Assembly: GCA_035367155.1 (NCBI GenBank)
Contig: DAOSJI010000004.1
Span: 1-62,401, forward strand
Source: Bacilli bacterium
Lineage (GTDB): Bacteria > Bacillota_I > Bacilli_A > RFN20 > CAG-826
Direction: 5' to 3'
DNA length: 62,401 nt
Made by a program: the position numbers and the translations under genes. This document shows, piece by piece, positions 22,757 through 32,974 of the stretch. How positions within the stretch are numbered: the first letter of the stretch is position 1; every line of letters starts with the position of its first letter. A model generated the notes under the pieces. It had not been told where the DNA came from. It saw nothing but the letters and a program-made list of their open reading frames with translations, and searched no databases.

Positions 22757-22813
22757 GGTGGCCTTTTTCTTACATTATTAACTTGCATTGATTTAGTTTG
22801 TTATAATACTAGT

Positions 22814-24094
22814 ATGCAAAAAGTTAATATTATCGGTGCAGGTTTAGCTGGTGTAGAAGCCGCCTTATATTTAGCAAATAGAGGAATAAGTGTTGATCTT
22901 TTTGAAATGCGTCCCAAGAAAAATACACTTGCTCATAAAACACCGTATTTTGCAGAACTAGTATGTTCAAATTCTCTTAAAAATAAAATGTTAACGAATG
23001 CTTGCGGTCTTCTTAAAGAGGAGATGAATATATTAGGTTCTACAATTATAAAAGTAGCTAATAAAGTCGCGATTCCAGGAGGTAACGCTCTTGTTGTAGA
23101 TCGTGAATTATTTAGTAAAACACTTGATAAAATTGTAAGAGAACATCCTCTAATTAATGTTATTAATGAGGAGGTTATAAATATACCAGAGGGTATTACG
23201 ATAGTCGCTAGCGGTCCCTTAACAAGTAAGGGACTAGAAAAAACACTGAGTAATTTACTTGGAGAAGAATCGCTTTTCTTTTTTGACGCTAGCGCACCTT
23301 TAGTGGAATTTTCTTCAATTGATATGGAAATTGCATACTTTAAGAGCAGATATGACCAAGGTGATGATAGTTATATTAATTGTCCTTTTACAAAAGACGA
23401 GTATGATATTTTCTATAACGAGTTAATTAAAGGAAAAATAGCTCTAGTTCATGAGTTTGACAAAAAATACTTTTCCGCATGTATGCCTATTGAAGTATTA
23501 GCAAAAAAAGGCAAACATACTCTTCGTTATGGTCCCCTAAAACCAAAAGGGTTAGAAAAAGAAGGACGACCACAACCCTACGCAGTAGCACAACTTCGTC
23601 AAGATAACGCTTTAGCGACTCTATATAATCTAGTTGGCTTTCAAACAAATTTAACATATGGTGAACAAGAACGAATTTTTCGTCTTATTCCAGGTTTAAA
23701 AAATGCTAAGTTTACTCGCTTTGGTTTAATGCATCGCAATACTTATTTGAATGCACCGAAATTATTAAATCCTGATATGAGTTTAAAAATTAATCCAAAT
23801 ATTTATATAGCAGGTCAATTAAGTGGTGTTGAAGGCTATGTTGAAAGCGCGGCTTCTGGTTTATATGTTGCAATTAATATAGTTAGGCGTCTAAATAAAT
23901 TAAAAACCCTACAAATTCCGCCTCAAACAATGTTAGGAGCCTTAATAAATTATATTATTAAAGCTAGTCCAAAACACTTTACACCAATGAATGCTAATTT
24001 TGGATTATTTCCAATGCATTCTAAAAAGGAAAGAGAACAATATATTAACAACGCCTTAGATGCGATAAAATTATATAAAGAGGAATTAGAATAA
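22814..24094 (+). CDS. trmFO: methylenetetrahydrofolate-tRNA-(uracil54-C5)-methyltransferase TrmFO (Gid)
   Basis: VNIIGAGLAGVEAA FAD fold. Conserved order topA-trmFO-xerC. Confidence 0.9.
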   Translation: MQKVNIIGAGLAGVEAALYLANRGISVDLFEMRPKKNTLAHKTPYFAELVCSNSLKNKMLTNACGLLKEEMNILGSTIIKVANKVAIPGGNALVVDRELFSKTLDKIVREHPLINVINEEVINIPEGITIVASGPLTSKGLEKTLSNLLGEESLFFFDASAPLVEFSSIDMEIAYFKSRYDQGDDSYINCPFTKDEYDIFYNELIKGKIALVHEFDKKYFSACMPIEVLAKKGKHTLRYGPLKPKGLEKEGRPQPYAVAQLRQDNALATLYNLVGFQTNLTYGEQERIFRLIPGLKNAKFTRFGLMHRNTYLNAPKLLNPDMSLKINPNIYIAGQLSGVEGYVESAASGLYVAINIVRRLNKLKTLQIPPQTMLGALINYIIKASPKHFTPMNANFGLFPMHSKKEREQYINNALDAIKLYKEELE

Positions 24095-24098
24095 ACAT

Positions 24099-25016
24099 AT
24101 GAATAAAACAATAGCGATGTTTAAAGATTATCTAAAGTTTGAACGTAACTATTCTTCTAACACAGTAAAGGCATATGTTACTGATTTAGAAGTTTATTAT
24201 GATTACCTTTTTGAAATTAAAACAACAGATGATAAAGTAACTCGTGATGAAATAAGAGGGTTTTTAAAAGATCAAGTTGAAAAAGGTATTTCAAAGCGAA
24301 CAATAAGAAGAAGAGTCTCAACTTTAAGACACTATTATTGGTTTTTGCAGTATAAAGAATTAGTTAATTATGATCCTACAATTTATATTCAAAGTCCCAA
24401 AGCTATTAATCCCTTACCGCGTGTTCTATATGAAGAACAAGTAAGAACACTTCTTAAGTACAACGCTGAACGGACAGATTTTTTGCGTGACCGCGATCAA
24501 GCAATACTTTCACTTTTATTTTCAAGTGGAATAAGAGCAAGTGAATTAATAAATCTTACAATGCAAGATATTAACTTTTCTCAGCAAACAATCAATATTA
24601 TTGGTAAAGGTAATAAACAAAGAATTGTAATGTGCTCAAAAGAAAGTTTAAATACGATAAAAAAATATAACGATGGTTTAAGAAAAGAATTGTTAAAAAG
24701 AAGACATGATCCTCGACCAACTAATATTGTATTTCTTAATGCAAGAGGAAATAAACTTACTCTACAAGGACTTGATAAAATACTTTTTTCTATTGAAAGA
24801 AAAACTGGTGAATATCTAGATCTACATCCTCACCTATTTAGACACTCATTTGCAACGAGTCTAGTTGAAAGAGGGGCAGATATTCGTGTGATTCAAGAAC
24901 TTTTAGGTCATGAATCACTTGATACAACCAACATATATACTCATATTTCTGAAGAGAAAGTCGTAAGGGATTATTTTAAATATCATCCTCGTCGAAAAAA
25001 GGATGAAGATGATTAA
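24099..25016 (+). CDS. xerC: tyrosine recombinase XerC (CodV-type)
   Basis: RHSFATSLVERGADIRVIQELLGHESLDTTNIYTH carries the R..H-x-x-R..Y catalytic residues. The context is housekeeping. Confidence 0.85.
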   Translation: MNKTIAMFKDYLKFERNYSSNTVKAYVTDLEVYYDYLFEIKTTDDKVTRDEIRGFLKDQVEKGISKRTIRRRVSTLRHYYWFLQYKELVNYDPTIYIQSPKAINPLPRVLYEEQVRTLLKYNAERTDFLRDRDQAILSLLFSSGIRASELINLTMQDINFSQQTINIIGKGNKQRIVMCSKESLNTIKKYNDGLRKELLKRRHDPRPTNIVFLNARGNKLTLQGLDKILFSIERKTGEYLDLHPHLFRHSFATSLVERGADIRVIQELLGHESLDTTNIYTHISEEKVVRDYFKYHPRRKKDEDD

Positions 25017-25246
25017 AATGTAATAAATAGATTAGTTTTGCATACTTTTTATTTAAAAAGTACACCATTTTTTAAACAATTTAATAAAACATAAGAGTTT
25101 CTCATTGCAAGGAACTTTTACCTATGGTAAGATATTCGCGGTCATAAACCAAATACACACATTGTGAATTCTTAGTTCTAGTCTAGCGTGCAAGCTAGGA
25201 ACTAAGTTAGAAACAATGGAGGAAAAAACAAAGGAGGCTCAAAAAT

Positions 25247-26449
25247 ATGAGTGAAACAAAAAAACTAGAAGAAGCCGTTGTCGTAGAACCTACAATGGAA
25301 CAAGTTCTTCCAAATACGGATTTACCCGTAGTTACAATGAAAAAGCTACTTGAAGCTGGTGCCCATTTTGGTCACCAAACAAGACTATGGAACCCAAAAA
25401 TGAAACCATATATTTATGGTGAACGTAATGGTGTTCATATTATCAATCTTGAAAAAACGGTTGTAAAAGTTGAAGAAGCATACGAAAAATTAAAAGACAT
25501 TGTCACAAGAGGTGGCAAGGTCTTATTCGTTGGAACTAGAAAAGCACATGCAGAATTTGTTAAACAAGAAGCAGAACGCTGTGGTTCCTTTTATATTAAT
25601 AATCGTTGGCTAGGCGGAACTTTAACAAATTTCCGTACAATTTTAAATCGCATTCGCTATCTTCGCGAATTAGAAATGAAAGAAGCCGATGGCGGATTCA
25701 AACACTTAAACAAAAAAGAATTAGCACGTATTCGTAAAGAAATGGAAAGATTAACGCTAAACTTTGAAGGTATCAAAGAAATGCGAAGAGTTCCAGAAGC
25801 AGTAGTTGTCACAAGCTCAATTATTGAAATTAATGCCGTTAAAGAAGCACGCAAACTTGGCATTCCAGTATTTGGCTTAATTGATACAAACTGTGATCCA
25901 GATGTTTTAGATTACATTGTCCCAGCAAATGATGATGCAACTAAAACAGTTCAACTTTTCCTTCAATTAATGGCAGATGCCGTTGCCCAAGCAAAAGGTG
26001 GTTTAACTGTCGTAGCATATACACCTGATGTTGAAACTGAAATTGAAACTCTTGAACAATCATTATCCAAAGGTCAACAACTAATGGATAAGGATGAAGA
26101 AGAAGTTCGTCCGGCACAACCTCAACGTGTTCGTAAGAAAAAGACTGAACATTCAGATAAACCAAGAAGACAACATCACGAAAGAAAAGTTGAAGAACAT
26201 GATGACCTTTTAGAAGATGTTGAACCCGTGGAAGAAGTAAAAAAACCAAAACGAACTAAAAAAGTTGAAGCAAAAGAAACAGTTGAACCAACTGTAGAAA
26301 CTAAAGAAGCTAAGCCTAAAAAAGTAAAAGAACCAAAGGCAGAAGATGAAGCTTCAACTGAAGAACCAAAGAAAAAGACTGTTAAAAAAGAAGTAAAAGA
26401 AACAGTTAAGGAAGAAAAAGTCGAAGAAAAGAAAGAGGAGGCTAAATAA
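25247..26449 (+). CDS. rpsB: 30S ribosomal protein S2 with about 26-aa N-terminal and about 140-aa Lys/Glu-rich C-terminal extensions
   Basis: Core motif MKKLLEAGAHFGHQTRLWNPKM. A strong AAGGAGG RBS at 25247 supports the long N-terminus. Confidence 0.9.
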   Translation: MSETKKLEEAVVVEPTMEQVLPNTDLPVVTMKKLLEAGAHFGHQTRLWNPKMKPYIYGERNGVHIINLEKTVVKVEEAYEKLKDIVTRGGKVLFVGTRKAHAEFVKQEAERCGSFYINNRWLGGTLTNFRTILNRIRYLRELEMKEADGGFKHLNKKELARIRKEMERLTLNFEGIKEMRRVPEAVVVTSSIIEINAVKEARKLGIPVFGLIDTNCDPDVLDYIVPANDDATKTVQLFLQLMADAVAQAKGGLTVVAYTPDVETEIETLEQSLSKGQQLMDKDEEEVRPAQPQRVRKKKTEHSDKPRRQHHERKVEEHDDLLEDVEPVEEVKKPKRTKKVEAKETVEPTVETKEAKPKKVKEPKAEDEASTEEPKKKTVKKEVKETVKEEKVEEKKEEAK

Positions 26450-26451
26450 TA

Positions 26452-27312
26452 ATGGCAACAATGATTGAACTTATTAAAGAACTCCGTGCCACAACTGGCG
26501 CTGGAATGATGGACTGTAAAAGAGCCCTTGAAGCAACAAACATGGATATTGATTTAGCAAAAGATTGGCTTCGTGAAAAGGGAATTACTACAGCTGAAAA
26601 GAAACAAGCTCGTATTGCAGCTGAAGGTTTAACAACTGCTTTAGTTGGCAAAAATGAAACCGTTATTCTTGAAATTAACTGCGAAACTGACTTTGTTGCT
26701 CGTGGTGAAACATTTATTCAAATTGTTGAAGATAGTGCAAAACTACTTCTTAAACATTTACCTAAAACACATGAAGAAGCTGATGCATTGATTCAACCTT
26801 TATTTAATGAAGCTACATTAAAAATTGGTGAAAAACTTTCATTCCGTCGTTTTGAAATTATCAAAGCCTCGGCTGAAAATGTTTTTGCCTATAAACACAT
26901 GGGTGGAAAAATCACTTCTGTAGTTGTATTAGAAAAAGCTGATCAAGAATTAGCACGTGGACTTGCAATGCACATTGCGGCAAACAATCCGTCTTATATT
27001 AAAAAGGATGATATCCCACAAAGTGAAGTTGAAAAAGAAACAAGAATTCAAACTGAAGCTGCTAAAAATGATGAAGAGCTAGCCAAAAAGCCTGCAAACA
27101 TTCTTGAAAGAATAGTTGCAGGAAGAGTTAGTAAAGCATTTAATGACAATACATTATCTGAACAAGTCTACTTGTTAGATGGCGAAAAGAAAGTCGGTGT
27201 TGTTCTTAAGGAACTAGGCAATACCGTTACTCGTTTTGTTCGTTATCAATGTGGCGAAGGTTTAGAAAAACGCAAAGATGACTTCGCAGACGAAGTTATG
27301 GGCGCAATCTAA
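26452..27312 (+). CDS. tsf: elongation factor Ts
   Basis: UBA-like N-terminus IKELRATTGAGMMDCKRAL. Confidence 0.95.
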   Translation: MATMIELIKELRATTGAGMMDCKRALEATNMDIDLAKDWLREKGITTAEKKQARIAAEGLTTALVGKNETVILEINCETDFVARGETFIQIVEDSAKLLLKHLPKTHEEADALIQPLFNEATLKIGEKLSFRRFEIIKASAENVFAYKHMGGKITSVVVLEKADQELARGLAMHIAANNPSYIKKDDIPQSEVEKETRIQTEAAKNDEELAKKPANILERIVAGRVSKAFNDNTLSEQVYLLDGEKKVGVVLKELGNTVTRFVRYQCGEGLEKRKDDFADEVMGAI

Positions 27313-27357
27313 AATTGAAAAGCATCCTTTATGGATGTTTTTCTTTAAGGAGCAAAT

Positions 27358-28071
27358 ATGCATAAATACAAAAGAATCGTTCTTAAGTTAAGTGGAGAAG
27401 CACTTAAAGACAAAAAAACATCTCAAATTTTTGACACCTTGACATTAAAGAGCATCGTTAAGATTATTAAGGAATATCTTAAACTCAAAATTCAAGTTAG
27501 CATCGTTGTTGGAGCAGGAAATATTTGGCGAGGCAAACTTGCTAAAGAAATAGGTCTTGAAGTTGAAGATGCTGACTATATGGGTATGGTTGCAACAGTG
27601 ATTAATGCTGCTGCACTTAAAAGCATTTTACTAAAAGAGGGCGTTTCTGCTGAGGTTTTAAGCGCATTAGCAGTAGAAAAGGTGGCAAAAAAATATACGA
27701 AAGAGGAAGCGATAGAATTACTAAGTAAAGGTACTGTAGTAATTTTTGCTGCAGGAACTGGCAAGCCTTTTTATACAACCGATACATGTGCTGCAATGAG
27801 AGCAATTGACATTAATGCAGATGTCTTACTTATGGCTAAAGATGGCGTAGATGGCGTTTATACTAGTGATCCACGATATCATAAAGATGCTACCTTTATT
27901 TCAAAAACAACATATGAAGAACTTATTACTTTACAAGTTGAAGTAATGGATCAAAAAGCATTAATGCTTTTAAAGGAAAGTGGCATTGATACGATTGTTT
28001 TTGGTATGAATGATCCCAATAATTTTATTAAAGTATTAAAAGATGATAAAATAGGAACACATATAAGTTGA
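27358..28071 (+). CDS. pyrH: UMP kinase
   Basis: RIVLKLSGEAL and VVGAGNIWRG motifs. Confidence 0.9.
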   Translation: MHKYKRIVLKLSGEALKDKKTSQIFDTLTLKSIVKIIKEYLKLKIQVSIVVGAGNIWRGKLAKEIGLEVEDADYMGMVATVINAAALKSILLKEGVSAEVLSALAVEKVAKKYTKEEAIELLSKGTVVIFAAGTGKPFYTTDTCAAMRAIDINADVLLMAKDGVDGVYTSDPRYHKDATFISKTTYEELITLQVEVMDQKALMLLKESGIDTIVFGMNDPNNFIKVLKDDKIGTHIS

Positions 28072-28082
28072 GGTAAATAATT

Positions 28083-28634
28083 ATGTCAGATATTAATGTT
28101 TTAGATGCTCGAGAAAAAATGGAATTTGTCATATTAAATTATGAAGAAAATTTGGCAATTCTTAGAACTGGTAGAGCTAACGCAAGTTTACTTAACAAAA
28201 TAGAATGTGATTATTATGGTGAGAAAATGCCTATTAATCAAATTTGTGCTATTTCTGTTCCTGAACCACGCCAACTACTAGTTAAACCATATGATCGAAA
28301 TGATCTTAAATCAGTTTTAGCTGCAATTTCTGCTTCAAATATTGGAATCAACCCAATAAATGATGGGGTTTCGATTAGATTAATCATTCCTCCATTAAAT
28401 GAAGAACGTCGACGTGATCTTGTTAGAGATGCAAAAAAATACGCTGAAGAAGCAAAAATTGCAGTTCGAAATATTCGTCGCGATGCAAATAATGCAATTA
28501 AAAACGATTCAGATAATTATACAGAAGATGATGTTCATAGAACACAAGATGAAGTTCAAAAATTAACTGATGAGTTTATAAGTAAGATTGATGAAATCTT
28601 CAAAGCAAAAGAAGAAGAAATTATGACAGTCTAG
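28083..28634 (+). CDS. frr: ribosome recycling factor
   Basis: LAILRTGRANASLL and IAVRNIRRDAN motifs. Confidence 0.9.
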   Translation: MSDINVLDAREKMEFVILNYEENLAILRTGRANASLLNKIECDYYGEKMPINQICAISVPEPRQLLVKPYDRNDLKSVLAAISASNIGINPINDGVSIRLIIPPLNEERRRDLVRDAKKYAEEAKIAVRNIRRDANNAIKNDSDNYTEDDVHRTQDEVQKLTDEFISKIDEIFKAKEEEIMTV

Positions 28635-28722
28635 AGCGGGCAACCGCTCTTTTTTATTTATTTGGAAAAGTTTTACTTTTTCTCTTAATTATACCTTCAT
28701 TAAAAGGTATAATATTTTATAT

Positions 28723-29463
28723 ATGGCAAAAAGAAAACAAACAACAGAACTTTCAAATTACGGTGTCAAACATATCGCTTTTATTATGGATGGCAATGGA
28801 CGCTGGGCAAAAAAACGCATGCGACCACGAAACTTTGGTCATGCTGAAGGTGCCAAACGAATTTTTGAAATTGCGCTTGATTGTAGTAAAAGAAAAATCG
28901 AAGTAATGTCTTGTTATGCTTTCTCAACAGAAAATTGGAATCGTCCACAATCTGAAATTGATTATTTGTTTAAACAACTTGAAGTTGAATTAAAAAAGAA
29001 AGTCCCAACACTAATGAAAGAAAATATTAAGTTAGTTACTATGGGTGATATAACGCGATTACCACTTTCAACTCAAAAAGCTATTAATGAAGCAATTAGC
29101 GAAACCTCAGCAAATTCAGGCTTAATATTAAATATGGGTCTAAATTATGGTAGTTATGATGAAATCATACGTGGTTTTAAAAACATCGCCAAAAAAATTG
29201 AAACAAATGAAATTAATAGTGATGATATAGATGCTAAGATGATTAGTGATCATCTATATACTGCTGGTTACCCTCCGCTAGATTTATTAATTAGAACAAG
29301 TGGAGAAATGCGTTTATCGAATTTTATGCTTTGGCAATTAGCATATACGGAATTAATTTTTACACCAGTTTACTGGCCCGATTATACTCCTGAGCAACTT
29401 GAATTAAGTTTGCAAGAGTTTTCAAAACGTAAGCGACGTTATGGAGGTTTAGACAATGAGTAA
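28723..29463 (+). CDS. uppS: undecaprenyl (isoprenyl) diphosphate synthase
   Basis: HIAFIMDGNGRWA and RTSGEMRLSNF motifs. Confidence 0.9.
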   Translation: MAKRKQTTELSNYGVKHIAFIMDGNGRWAKKRMRPRNFGHAEGAKRIFEIALDCSKRKIEVMSCYAFSTENWNRPQSEIDYLFKQLEVELKKKVPTLMKENIKLVTMGDITRLPLSTQKAINEAISETSANSGLILNMGLNYGSYDEIIRGFKNIAKKIETNEINSDDIDAKMISDHLYTAGYPPLDLLIRTSGEMRLSNFMLWQLAYTELIFTPVYWPDYTPEQLELSLQEFSKRKRRYGGLDNE

Positions 29464-30544
29464 TGAAGAAAAAGTAGTTGTTAATGATCTAAATGATGAA
29501 AAAAAACAAAGTGATAAACATAGTAAAAAAGAACGAATTTCTAATATACTATCAAAAGAAACAAAAACTACAATGGTAATTCGTATCATTACTGCTGTTA
29601 TTTTAGGGATTGTCGTTGTTCCTACTTTCTTTTTTGGGGGATGGTCCTTTTTAATAACAGTTTTAATCGCACTAGCTATATCTATTCATGAATTTTTACA
29701 TGCTGCTAAAGTCAAAAAAGGGTTTTGGTTTGTTTATGTTTTTGTCTATATAATGACAATATCTCTAACATTCTGGATTTTTATGAAAAACAACATGAAT
29801 GTGAATGTTTCACTAGGTAAACACCCTCTAAATTTAAAATTATGGGATTTTTGGCGTGGTTTTGAAAACTTAGAAGTGTCTACTTTCGGCGTTATTGCTA
29901 TTCTTGTATTTGTTTTTATAAGCGTTATTTTAGTTCCAGATTTTGACTTTTATCTAGGTAGTTATATTTTTATTATGATGATAATTGTTGGGATTGGTTT
30001 TCAATCACTGTTATTTTTAAGATTCCTACCTCAACATATGGCAAATTCTGAAGATGCTTTTATTGTGGGCTTTACAAGTGAAGGGATCGTTTCAAGTTTC
30101 TTATTACTTTATGTAATAATTGGAACGACATTTAACGATATTGGAGCCTATTTTGTAGGGGTTTTATTTGGAAGGCGCAAATTAATTGAAAGAATTTCAC
30201 CTAAAAAAACCATTGAAGGTTTCATTGGCGGAATTGTTATTTCCTTTGTATTTAGTTTTGCCTTTGCAATGATTTGTTCTCTTACTGGAAATGAAATATT
30301 ACCTTTCTTGTCACATAAAGAGTGGTATTGGCTTGTATTACTTTCGCTATTGATGCCCTTGCTTGGAAACTTAGGAGATCTCTTTTTTAGTGCTCTTAAA
30401 CGTAATTTTGAAATTAAAGACTATGGTACATTCCTTCGAGGACATGGAGGAATTTTAGATCGTTTAGATAGTATTCTTGTTGTTTCATTAGTTGTTTCTT
30501 TATTAATTGTCTTTATTCGTAATAGTTGGAGTTTCCTCTTATGA
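29456..30544 (+). CDS. cdsA: phosphatidate cytidylyltransferase with a long Lys-rich N-terminal extension
   Basis: C-terminal signature SALKRNFEIKDYGTFLRGHGGILDRLDS. At 362 aa it is longer than the usual length of about 270. Confidence 0.85.
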   Translation: MSNEEKVVVNDLNDEKKQSDKHSKKERISNILSKETKTTMVIRIITAVILGIVVVPTFFFGGWSFLITVLIALAISIHEFLHAAKVKKGFWFVYVFVYIMTISLTFWIFMKNNMNVNVSLGKHPLNLKLWDFWRGFENLEVSTFGVIAILVFVFISVILVPDFDFYLGSYIFIMMIIVGIGFQSLLFLRFLPQHMANSEDAFIVGFTSEGIVSSFLLLYVIIGTTFNDIGAYFVGVLFGRRKLIERISPKKTIEGFIGGIVISFVFSFAFAMICSLTGNEILPFLSHKEWYWLVLLSLLMPLLGNLGDLFFSALKRNFEIKDYGTFLRGHGGILDRLDSILVVSLVVSLLIVFIRNSWSFLL

Positions 30545-31704
30545 TGGATCTTATTTTGCTTGGTGCTAGCGGTAGCATTGGTACGCAAACATTGGAAATT
30601 ATTGAAGAAGAACAAGACAATTTTCGTCTTGTTGCTTTTTCAGTGGGGAATAGGGTTGATAAAATTAATGAAATTTTAGCTAAACATCCATTTGTAAAAG
30701 CCTTTTCTGTAAAAGAAAAAGCAAAATGTTTAGAACTAAAGAAAGAATATCCTCATATTGAAGTTTACCATGGTGATGAGGGGCTATTAAGACTTTTAGA
30801 AACAGTAAAAGCAAATATGGTCGTTAATGCTTTAGTTGGTTTTGTTGGTTTAGCTCCTACTATTTATGCTCTTAAAAAGGGAATGGATGTTGCTCTAGCA
30901 AATAAAGAAGCAATTGTTGTAGGTGGTGAACTTATTGATGATCTTCTTAAAAAGAAGGGTGGAAAAATATATCCAATTGATTCTGAACATGTAGCACTTA
31001 GTAAATGTCTTGGTAATAATTGCTCAATTGTTAAAGAGGCCTATATTACTGCAAGCGGAGGACCGTTTCTAGGAAAAAGTGAAAAAGAAACTGAAAATGT
31101 CACGGTTGAAGAAGCACTTGCACATCCTAATTGGAAGATGGGTGCTAAGATTACTATTGATTCTGCAACTATGATGAATAAAGGTTTTGAGGTTATTGAA
31201 GCAAGTTATCTTTTTAACTTACCAAGTGAGAAAATAAAAATTATTATTCATCCTGAAAGTAAAGTTCATGCTGCAGTGCGCTTTATTGATGAGGCGTTTA
31301 TATTTGATTTGGGGCCAGCAGATATGAAAGTTCCTATTTCATATGCCATTCATAAGGCAAGTAGAGTTAATGTTAAAACTACTCCACTTTCATTTAAAGA
31401 TATTCCTGCCCTTCATTTTATTCCTTTTGAATTAGAAAAATATCCTCTTGTAGGACTAGCATATGATGCACTTAAGCGAAAAAAATATGCACCTACAATT
31501 TTAAATGCAGCAAACGAAATAGCAGTTTATGCGTTTTTAGATAAAAAGATTGGTTTTAACGATATAACTAAAGTCGTTACACATATTTATAATGAGTTTG
31601 TAGATACACTTGATTTAGGAAAGTTATCACTAGATAAACTCATTGAAGCGGATAAGCTTATCCGTGAGAAGACAACTAAATTTATAGAAGGAGGTAAGGT
31701 TTAA
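30541..31704 (+). CDS. dxr: 1-deoxy-D-xylulose 5-phosphate reductoisomerase
   Basis: ATG 30541 overlaps the cdsA stop (ATGA). Motifs LGASGSIGTQTL, ANKEAIV and DSEH. Confidence 0.9.
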   Translation: MMDLILLGASGSIGTQTLEIIEEEQDNFRLVAFSVGNRVDKINEILAKHPFVKAFSVKEKAKCLELKKEYPHIEVYHGDEGLLRLLETVKANMVVNALVGFVGLAPTIYALKKGMDVALANKEAIVVGGELIDDLLKKKGGKIYPIDSEHVALSKCLGNNCSIVKEAYITASGGPFLGKSEKETENVTVEEALAHPNWKMGAKITIDSATMMNKGFEVIEASYLFNLPSEKIKIIIHPESKVHAAVRFIDEAFIFDLGPADMKVPISYAIHKASRVNVKTTPLSFKDIPALHFIPFELEKYPLVGLAYDALKRKKYAPTILNAANEIAVYAFLDKKIGFNDITKVVTHIYNEFVDTLDLGKLSLDKLIEADKLIREKTTKFIEGGKV

Positions 31705-32942
31705 TGGTTATTTTAAGAATATTATTATTTATTGTTATGCTTGGCATCTTAATTACCATCCATGAACTTGGCCACTTTATTATGGCGAAAGCCTTTAATG
31801 TATATTGTTTTGAATTTTCTGTTGGTTTTGGACCAAAAATTATAAGTAAGAAAAAAGGTGAGACAATTTATTCTCTGCGTTTATTACCTCTTGGTGGTTA
31901 TGTCTCAATGCTTGGAGAGGCTGAAGAAATCCCAGAAGAATTCGCAAGAGAAGAAATTGATGAAAGTCGTAGTTTATATAAAGTTCATAAGGCAAAACGT
32001 GTAGGTATTATGAGCGCAGGTATCGTTATGAACTTTATCATTGGCCTTTTAATTTTCTTTATTTCTAATACTGCGGTAAGACAAACACAAATTTATACAT
32101 CATTAGCAGTAGAAGAAGGAAGTATTGCTCAAACTGTTTATAACATTAATAACAATGACGTTTTCATTTTTAAAGAAACTAAGATTGGTGTCGATAGCAT
32201 TCAATATTTTGGCGAGGGTACATTATCAAATATGCCTGAGAAAGAATATTATGTTCTTTATAATCCTCGGAGTTATGATGATTTGGAGTTTTCAGGTTCT
32301 GCAATTATTTTAATAGATAAAGAAACAACAAATCTATACGCTGAAGGAGTAGGAAAAGTAACTCTTACTAGTACTTCAATATTAACCTTTACAGCCGAAT
32401 TTGGTCGTTATGATGATGTAAAAGTCTTACAGACGACTTCTAAAATACTTGAAATTGATACGCGTCTAATTGATACAAAAGATCCTAGTAAAGGTTATGA
32501 ATTAGGAACGTTAGGTTTTAGTTTTACAAAAGGTACTTATTTTAATCGTTTTGGAGATGCGGTTAAATTAACTTTTAAAGATTTTGGTACAGCATTTACT
32601 GCAATAGGTCGTGGCTTAGCAATGATTTTTAGTCCAGGTGGATTTAGAAATCTTTCAGGACCTGTAGGTATTTATAAAGCTACTTCATCAACACTAACAA
32701 ACTTTGGTTTAAGTCAATACTTATTTATTTGGGGCTTAATTAGTGTTAACCTTGCAATTTTTAACCTATTACCTTTCCCAGGTTTAGATGGATGGCATAT
32801 TTTAATTGTTATTATTGAATCAATAATTAGACGAGAAGTTAATCCTAAATTTAAACAAATAGCCTCAGCGGTTGGTATTATTCTTCTTTTAGCTTTGTTT
32901 GTTGTAATAACAATAAAAGATATATTTTTCATTTTAATTTAA
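31704..32942 (+). CDS. rseP: RIP metalloprotease RseP (site-2 protease)
   Basis: HELGHF zinc motif in TM1. C-terminal NLLPFPGLDGWH. Confidence 0.9.
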   Translation: MVILRILLFIVMLGILITIHELGHFIMAKAFNVYCFEFSVGFGPKIISKKKGETIYSLRLLPLGGYVSMLGEAEEIPEEFAREEIDESRSLYKVHKAKRVGIMSAGIVMNFIIGLLIFFISNTAVRQTQIYTSLAVEEGSIAQTVYNINNNDVFIFKETKIGVDSIQYFGEGTLSNMPEKEYYVLYNPRSYDDLEFSGSAIILIDKETTNLYAEGVGKVTLTSTSILTFTAEFGRYDDVKVLQTTSKILEIDTRLIDTKDPSKGYELGTLGFSFTKGTYFNRFGDAVKLTFKDFGTAFTAIGRGLAMIFSPGGFRNLSGPVGIYKATSSTLTNFGLSQYLFIWGLISVNLAIFNLLPFPGLDGWHILIVIIESIIRREVNPKFKQIASAVGIILLLALFVVITIKDIFFILI

Positions 32943-32974
32943 TAAAAAAGCAAATTTTATAAGGAGGTATTAGC

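Noticed and set aside
24099-25016. The tyrosine recombinase considered as the integrase of a mobile element.
   Set aside because: It lies in the conserved topA-trmFO-xerC(codV) housekeeping arrangement and has no flanking att-like repeats or cargo.
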